This document shows positions 56,090 through 64,000 of a stretch of DNA of 64,000 nucleotides, piece by piece. The position numbers were made by a program, and so were the translations under genes. Origin of the DNA: Eledone cirrhosa (lineage: Eukaryota); NCBI GenBank assembly GCA_964016885.1, contig OZ024742.1, forward strand, positions 273,358,001 to 273,422,000. Direction: 5' to 3'. Under the pieces are notes generated by a model. The model was not told the DNA's origin, did no database searches, and saw only the letters and a list, made by a program, of their open reading frames with translations. Within the stretch, counting starts at the first letter, position 1. Each line of letters begins with the position of its first letter.

Positions 56090-59000
56090 TCAGAGGAAGA
56101 GAGAGATCTAAGAGGAAGCACAGAAAGAGACGTAGAAAGCGTAAAGAAACGTAGGAGAGTGTACAAAATAATAGCACGAGATAGAGTTACCTCGAAAGCG
56201 ATTGAATAGTCCCTATAATTCGGATTTCACATCCATCATTAGGGGGTTTTCCAAGGGGAAAGTGTTGTGTCAGAGAAGGATAACTCATGGCCCTCGTTTA
56301 TTAGCGTTTGCGTACAACTGAAATACTCTTGCGGACGCGTGTGCGCACATAAATGGTGCGGTCGGATACATTTCGCAACAGTTCTTCTAGACTAGATTAG
56401 TGGCGTGTTGGTGGTGGCGGTAGTGGTGGTGGTTGGTTGCGTGTACGTATCATAGCTGTAAAGTTCTGTCTGTGGTAGTGTGGTCAATGGCAGGTAAATA
56501 TGCCCCCCCTAACAGTGCTAAAAGAGGGTACATCAGGAACGAGATCACGCTGAATAAAAATAGATGCACTGATCCCATGACTGGTGTTACCCACACCAAG
56601 CAGTTCCACGCGGGTAACCAACATCATTTACAAACAGAATAAGGGACACCAGACTCAAGAGGCAGAGAATCAGCTTCCTCAAGATCCCGCGCCTGGGCAA
56701 AGAATCTACCAGTGCTTTCCGCAGGGCCATACGGAGGGAGGGTCTTGACATCCACTTGCCCACTGGGGGCCAACCTTACGGCGATGCCTCTCCAGGAAAC
56801 CTGACAAAAAGAATGACGCGTGTTCCCTCAGCAACTGTCCGGTACGTCAGACAAACTGTCGCTTACGCACATACGTCGTATATAAGATCGAATATGACAT
56901 GTGTAACGAATTCTACATCGGTAGTACCATACGGTTCAGGATCATCAGACAATAGACCTTCCCTGGTATGGAGAGAAGTGTCACTTTCCTCCAGTTGTCA
57001 CAATCGGCAAGGTTGCCTTTCTTGGGGATACAGACAACAGCTCCGTTCCTCCAATCTTCTGGGACTTCACCCGTGTTCTACACAAGCTTACATAAGTGGC
57101 CCATCCACATGACCATGCTTTCGCCTCCTGACTTCAGCATTTCAGCAGAAATTCCATCCATACCTGGTGACTTGTTATTCTTAAGGGTTTTGATGGCCAT
57201 GCGGACTTCCTTCTCGGTGAAGTCATCAGTATTGATAGGCAACAAACTAGTAGGTTCCTTAGTGTCTGCTGGCACACGTGGATCCGGTCGGTTGAGAACT
57301 TCCTTGAAATGTTCAGCCCATCTGACTAACTTTTCTTCACCCTTGAAAAGCAGCGTACCATCTTTCGCTTTCACCGGGCCTGAGTTAGCTCTAGAGCTGC
57401 CGGTGATTTTCTTGGCAAATTGGTACAGAGAGCGCATGTCATTGCGTGCCGCAGCTGCTTCCGCCTCCTCTGCCTTACCCTCAAGCCACATTCGTTTGTC
57501 ATTTTGGGCCGCTGCGTTTCACCTCCTTGTCCTTGTCAAAATACTGCTGATATACCTTGATGGCCTCTGGGGTAGTGGCATGCCTCTGCTGGTGTAGAGC
57601 TTTCCTTTCATTAATCAGCTGCCAGATGTTGTCGCTGACCCAAGCTTCTCTGAGGGACTTCCTGTAGCTCAGGATTTCTTCCCCTGCAGCTTCCATGGTC
57701 TTCTTTATTCCCTCCCACCAATTGACTGAGCCTGGTGCAGACTCCTCAAGGACAGCAAATCTGTTCCTCAAAGCAGCCTCGAACTGTGCTTCTGTGTCAC
57801 CGTTTTTCAGCTTGGTAGTTTCAAAACGCCTTGTAGTGAGTGCTCTCTTCTTCTGCTTCCTCAGTCTGATTTTAAGTTTGGTAACAGACAGATAGTGGTC
57901 ACTGCAGACATCTGCGCCCCGGTAGACTCGGACGTCCTGCAGGCAAGGAGCTCTCCAACTTGGGCCAATCGCAATGTGGTCTATTTGCGTCTTGGTCCTG
58001 GGGTCGTTCGAAGCCCATGTGACCTTGTGGATGTTCTTGTGGTCAAATAGTGACGAGCCGATTTTCATATTGTTCATGGCACAGAACTGGACAAACCTGT
58101 CCCCGTTGTCCGTGCGGTTTCCATACGCATGGGGGCCAAGGACATGTTCAAAGCCAACCCTGCTTCCCCCGATATGTGCGTTAATGTCTCCCATGATGAT
58201 CAGGATGTCATGACGTGGGGTTTTGTTTACAACATCTTGTAGTTACTGGTAGAAAGCGTCCTTGTCATCGCCGTTATGTTCGTTGGTTGGAGCATAGCAC
58301 TGAGCCATGGTGACCTTTGCATGTGATGTGGTGAATAGTGCTGTCATTAGGCGTTCGTTGATAGGAGTCCACTCCTCAAGGGCACCACTGGCAGCCCTGT
58401 CCATGATGATTGCAACTCCATCTCGGTGGGTCCCGTTCTGACGGCCTGAGAACAGGATGGTCTTGTTTTCATGGACAAACTTCCCGGAGTGAGTCCAGCG
58501 GACTGCGCTGATGCCCAGGATGTTAATTCTGTAGGCCTCCATTTCTCCTATAACTTGCGCAAGTTTGGATGGTTGGTACATAGTTCTTATGTTCCAATAT
58601 CCAATACTTGTGGTTGTTTTTGCAGACAGAATTCTGATCCTCAGGATGTCGGCTTCCTCAATGAGACTTTCGCCGACACCCGTCACACAATCTCCGGTTA
58701 GAGTCAACCGTTCCCCTGAGTGCTTGGAATTTAAATCTGATGCACTATGAATTGTTTTCGTAGCAGGAGAGTTTTTCCGGGAACAGATCGCTAACCTGAA
58801 GCCCAACCACTGACATTTAGTAAAGAGACAGTAAGTGGAGTAGTTTCTGGTAAAACTGCAAACCGATGGGTTGCAGGTGTTACATCAGAGTTTTCCTTCT
58901 CCTAGAATTCTGCCTTGACAAAGGCTAAGGGGGTCATCTCTCCCGGTGATTTTGGATGGCCATTGACTCATAAGAGCTCCTTTTCTCTTTGACAGGTTTT

Positions 59001-61129
59001 GTTTTTAGTCCTGCAGGATGTCCAAAGTCACCCTCCTCACCTAGAAACCTTGGTGGGGTTGCCAGTTTAGTCGCCAACGACCCGACCATGATACATGTTG
59101 TACTGGGATACATGTTACCAGTAGCACCAACTGGTGACCTGACTGGTGACACTTCTCTCCATACCAGGGAAGGTATATTGTCTGATGATCCTGAACCGCA
59201 TATGTGGCATGGTAGACCTGGAACTGCGAGAACAACAGGCAGGGTTCCGACCAAAACGTTCCTGTGCAGAGCAGATCTTTACGTTACGCCACATCATTGA
59301 GAGGTACAACGAATTCCAGAGGCCCCTCACCGTCAGCTTCATAGATTTCTCCAAAGCATTCGATAGCATTCATCGGCCGTCACTCTGGAGCATCATGCAT
59401 GAGTATGGTCTGACCCAGAAAGTCATTTCGGCAATCAAACAGATTTATGCAAACTCCAGGAGCTGCATACGGACAGAGGATGGTTACAGTGACTGGTTTG
59501 AGGTGGTTACTGGTGTGCGTCAGGGTTGCTCGCTCTCTCCAATTCTCTTTCCCATAGCCATTGACTGGGTACTAAGAAGAGCGTCTAAAGACCAGTGTAT
59601 ATCTTGGGTGGGAGAGCAAAAGTTGTCAGACCTGGATTTTGCGGACGATAGTGTTGCACTTGCAGAGAGCACAGCTGACCTGCAAATCATTATGTACAAT
59701 ATCAATGTCGAAGCAGGAAGCTTAGATCTCAATTCCAGTGCTAAGACCAAAAGCATGTTATCTGGGACACACCCATCACTAACTAGTGTTTTCATTGAAC
59801 AGGGGGAGGTGGAGATAGTGGACAACTTCACCTACCTAGGAAGCTCCATTGACAATGGAGGCGCCATGGACAGTGAATTGCAATGTAGAATGGGAAAGGC
59901 TTCAGCAGCATTTAACCAGATTGTCAAGATCTGGAAGAGCAGGAAGTTCACCCTCAAAACAAAGATGAGATTCTACAACAGCAACGTGCTCTCCATACTC
60001 TTGTACGGAAGTAAAACAGGGCACCTTAAGACCAGCCAAGAGAAGAAGTTGGACGCATTCGATTCCAGGTGTCTGCGAAAGATCCTGGGGTTTAAATGGA
60101 GTGACCATGTAACAAACCAGGTAGTCAGGAACCGCACCAACCAGCAGCTAGTCTCTTCTGCCATCTGCTAGCGACGCCTGGGATGGTTTGGGCACGCTTT
60201 GAGACATCCCCCGGAGAGACTGGCGAACCATGTCCTTAAATGGAACCCACAGAGAAGCAGACGGAGAGGGCGACCCAAAATGAACTGGCGCCAGACAGTT
60301 GAGAGGGACCTGCGAGCGACAAACAGACAATGGCGGGACGCTGTGCAACTGGCTGCTGACCGAACGCGGTGGAACACTATGATTGGCTCATGCGCCGCAA
60401 GACGCGGGAGCTTCTGAGTCTGAGTCTGAGTACCATACGGCCACTACACATCCGGATCAAGGAACACATCAACACTAGGGCCTCGTCTTTCCGAAAACAC
60501 ATAATCAAAGGCGGAAACAAAGACCGAAGGCCCATTTTCACAGTCTTAACGACGTAGTACAACGGCGGCCCTTTAAGGTTCAAGAAGGCACTCTGGATCA
60601 AACGTCTCGGACCACGAATCACTAATCGATCCGAAAGAAGTGAGACGACATGGCTGGTGTAAATAAATGGAACAACAGTAGCACACACACACACGGTGGC
60701 AATCGAGCGATTGTTATTGTGTTTTATCATGTCCACCACCTACCCACCGACAAACAACAAACAGGCAGACTACTATCACCATCACTGCCACTGACTCCAC
60801 TACCACTGACAGAACGCAAGGACTTGACAGCTATGATTCGTACACAAACACCACCACCGCCCTACATCTCTAGTATAGAAGAACCAAGGCGAACTTTATC
60901 TGACTGCACCAATTTCCCAGGCACACACACCCGATAGAGTATATCAGTTGTACGAACACGGTAAACAACGAAGGTCATGTGTTGACGGAACCCTCCTACC
61001 TGTTGATGGATGGGAAATCCGTAATATATGGACTATTTATTCGTTTCCAAGGTAACTCTACCCTGTGTTATTATTTTTGACACTTTTTCTACATTCTGTT
61101 ACGCTCTCTACATCTATTTCTGCGCTTCG

Positions 61130-61135
<6 letters not shown>
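56090..61135 (+). mobile_element. Penelope-like element with inverted 5' pLTR (56090-56470), GIY-YIG split by an RTE, and 3' pLTR (60750-61135)
   Basis: RGYIRNEI; CNEFYIGSTIR (~56902) resumes as TIRPLHIRIKEH (~60432); termini are diverged reverse complements; degenerate HHRs at 56211-56245 (-) and 60998-61032 (+). Confidence 0.82.
56935..60428. mobile_element. Apparently full-length RTE LINE with inverted 5' half (56935-59143 minus: UTR and APE) and forward 3' half (59146-60428: RT)
   Basis: WNIRT, CYAPT, MGDINA, QIDHI, SDHY, KSPGMDGI on minus; QAGFR, FIDFSKAFD, GVRQGC, FADD, YLGS on plus; (CTGAGT)n tail; TSD (AG)TACCATACGG at 56923-56934 and 60429-60440. Confidence 0.93.
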
Positions 61136-61222
<87 letters not shown>

Positions 61223-61439
61223 ATGTTGTATGGTTTAAAAGATGAGACAGAACATCAACTTATTGCAATTAAACTATGACAAGTTCACATAGAATATAAG
61301 GTGACGGTAATACAAAGGAATTGTGCCTCTTAAAAATGAGACAAAAATCTCTAAAAAGGTCAAGCAAAGTAAATACAAAAGTTAATAAGTCAAGCAAAGT
61401 AAATACAGAAATAAAATAGTTCCTGCTTCAAGGCAAGTT

Positions 61440-64000
61440 TCAAAGTTTGTTATACATAAATCAATCACATATGTAAATTGTTTTCATCTAAATGTAATCA
61501 TCTGCCCGACAAAGACAAAAGCTCGGTTGGAGAAAATCCAAGGTCCTCCTTACTGAAGTGCGGATACCGAGTAGTACTATGGGGAGGTAGTCGCTCCAAC
61601 GTAGAGTATCCGGATACCCTCGCAATGCGACCTTAAACAGGCGAAGAAAACGCTCCACCATTCCATTAGATGCAGGATCGTAACTGATAGAACGGATAAA
61701 TTGAGCGCTGATGATATATGATAGATCCGTGAAAAGTTCAGATTCGAACTGCCTACAACGGTCTGTAATAATACGAGTAGGTACTCCGTAGTACGATATC
61801 CATCCTGAAACCAGGGCTCGCGTTACCGATTCAGCAGTTATATGGAATTCCTTCAGGCCAACGGATGAATCGATCAATACAGGTCAGGATGTATGAATAT
61901 CCACGACTGACGGACCAAGGTGCCACGATATCGATATGTATGAGGCAAAACGTGCGTTAGGTGTGCTAAATGTGCCGAGAGGTGCGCGAACATGCTTATG
62001 CACCTTCGACTTTTGACAAGAAAAACAAGAACATGACCAAGCAGTGATATCACGTCTCATATTTAGCCAAAAGAATCTAGCCGAAATGAGTTTCACTGTG
62101 GTCGAAATACCGGGGTGTACCAGACTATGTAGACAGTCGAAAACTATTCGACGATGAAAAATGGCTAACAGTTCGCGCCCGAAAGTGCTATAGCGGGATT
62201 CGGCGGGCTTTAACTGCTTTAAAAAGAAAGCAGGGGTTGAAGCTGTTTGTGGGGATGCTGTTTCAATACTGCACCTACAGCTGTGTTTGATGAATCCACA
62301 ACCAGCAAAAAATGGGCACCAGACACAGAGTGTGCAAGCAGAGATGCGTTTGCTAAATACTGTTTAACTGTGGAGAATGCCTCAAACTGCATGGAGCCAA
62401 AGCGATTTGTTCATTTTCCCTCTTACTCTTACGTAAGAGATCAGACGGCAAATCTAAGAGTTCTGAGCAATGCGGAATAAACCGGCGATAATAATTTAGG
62501 AGGCCCAGGAACTGCCGCAGCTGTCGCAAGGATGTAAACGGAAGGAGTTCCTGAAGAGCCTTCACTTTCTCAGGCAGTGGGGATATTTCCTCAGAGTTAA
62601 TCACGTGGTCCAAAAAGACGACTGAAGCAGCGCAGAATATACACTTCGCAGGGTTAATACGAACTTGGTACTGCCTAAATTGTTGAAACAATTGGTGGAG
62701 GGGCGAGATATGATCCTCCGGTGAAGTACTAGGAATGAGAATATCGTCGATGTAACGGTATATGAAGTCTAAATCACGGACGACCTCATCCATAGAAGGT
62801 ACTGGCAGCATTGCGTAATACGAAAGGCATCGTTAAAAAGTCGTATGCACCGAAAGGTGTAGTGACAGCAGTTTTAGGAATGCCAGCAGGATTCACAAGA
62901 ATTTGATGGTAAGATTTGATGAAGTCCAATTTGGAAAAAATGGTACATCCATGAAGATAAGAAGCAAAATCCAGGATGTGTGGTATCGGATAACGGCCAG
63001 ACACAGTGATCGAATTCAATCTCCGAAAATCTCCAGTGGGGCGCCAGTCTCCCGAAGGTTTCGGAAGCATATGCAAAAGCAAGGCCCACTGACTGGCAGA
63101 AGGCGAACGGTACCCAACTGCAGCATATGATTAAACTCTGCCTTAGCCGCTTTCACTTTTTGTGGGGAGAGACGACGCGGGCTTGACAAATCTGGAGCAC
63201 CCTTACTCTCAATAAAATGGGTGAAAAAACTGGAACACCCTTGCTCTCAATAAAATGCTTGGTACCCGTATCAACGAGACTACGTGTCTGAGAGAAGGAA
63301 TCCGTGCTAAATCTCCGGCGATTCGTTTCCCTTTTTGACAAAAGAACAAGGCTCCAAAACGCCTATGATACCACCATAATTGCAATGGCGAAGGTGGAGA
63401 ACGACGATGTGATGAGTGAGAGCGATTTCGCGACCGTTGTCTGGGAGATTGTGACCTGGAGAAGCGTAGGAGTTGCACCTATTTTTCTAATTCTCGAATG
63501 GCCTTAAGCGTGGCCTCAGCGGGCAATGTAGCATTTGTAGAACCGATGCAACTGGCGAAGATGAAGAAGAATTTGCCGTGAGTGGCGTCGGGATAGAAGT
63601 GGTAGAGTTGCCGGTATAGTCTACGGTCTTATCGGCGGACGAAGCTATGTGATCCGCCAAACTGGTCTATATCATCGGTGCCAAAATGTCATGCAAATTA
63701 GGTGGCAGTCTTGAGAAAAACAACTGCTTTATCATTATGGTCTCTGCCAGTGAATATTCTGCAAGCTCTTTCATACTACGCAAGAGCAGTATAGGCCGAC
63801 GATCGCTCATCGTTTACCAGAGTACGGAACTTCTTTTCAGCTGAAATAGAGGTACGCTAAAGAATTTCTTTCTTTACGCTGTTGTAAGTTGCTTCAAGTG
63901 ACGGGTCAGTGATTAAATCATTAACAGCTAGCGTTAAGGAAGCAGGAATAGCACTAAGTAAAATATGGAGATGTCGAATAGATGATAATATATTATTGTC
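61440..64000 (-). mobile_element. Degraded Gypsy/Ty3 LTR retrotransposon internal region (gag, RT, RNase H, integrase)
   Basis: KPSGDWRP.GDFRRLN, RYPIPHI, FSKLD, YIDDILI, FLGLLNYYRRFI, H..HPG..C..CQKSK, YGVP..I.TD..QFES, SNGMVER; order RT-RH-IN. Confidence 0.92.

Overview
Repeat-dominated eukaryotic DNA with no prokaryotic features. It is probably a mollusc or cephalopod, inferred from the tRNA-SINE and (TA)n style. Nearly all long ORFs in the track are microsatellite artefacts or decayed transposon genes. Transposons present: Penelope-like elements (PLEs; about 6 coding remnants plus many solo pseudo-LTRs), RTE LINEs, a Tx1/L1-like LINE, an R4/Dong-type RLE element in (TAA)n, a hATm transposon, mariner and DD37D (maT) transposons including one near-intact 359-aa transposase, Helitron-like non-autonomous elements, SINEs and a Gypsy LTR remnant. 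The ORF track misses one signal: about 25 type I hammerhead-ribozyme (HHR) motifs in about 12 unrelated sequence families. Three families carry a compensatory U3-A8 core (UUGANAA), two or three carry a CCGANGA core, and one forms a 274-bp tandem retrozyme-like repeat. Three PLEs share an inverted-5'-pLTR architecture. One apparently full-length RTE shows a twin-priming inversion with a target-site duplication (TSD). A few phase-compatible candidate host exons lie at 42-46 kb (low confidence). Folds and alignments were done by eye and boundaries are approximate.
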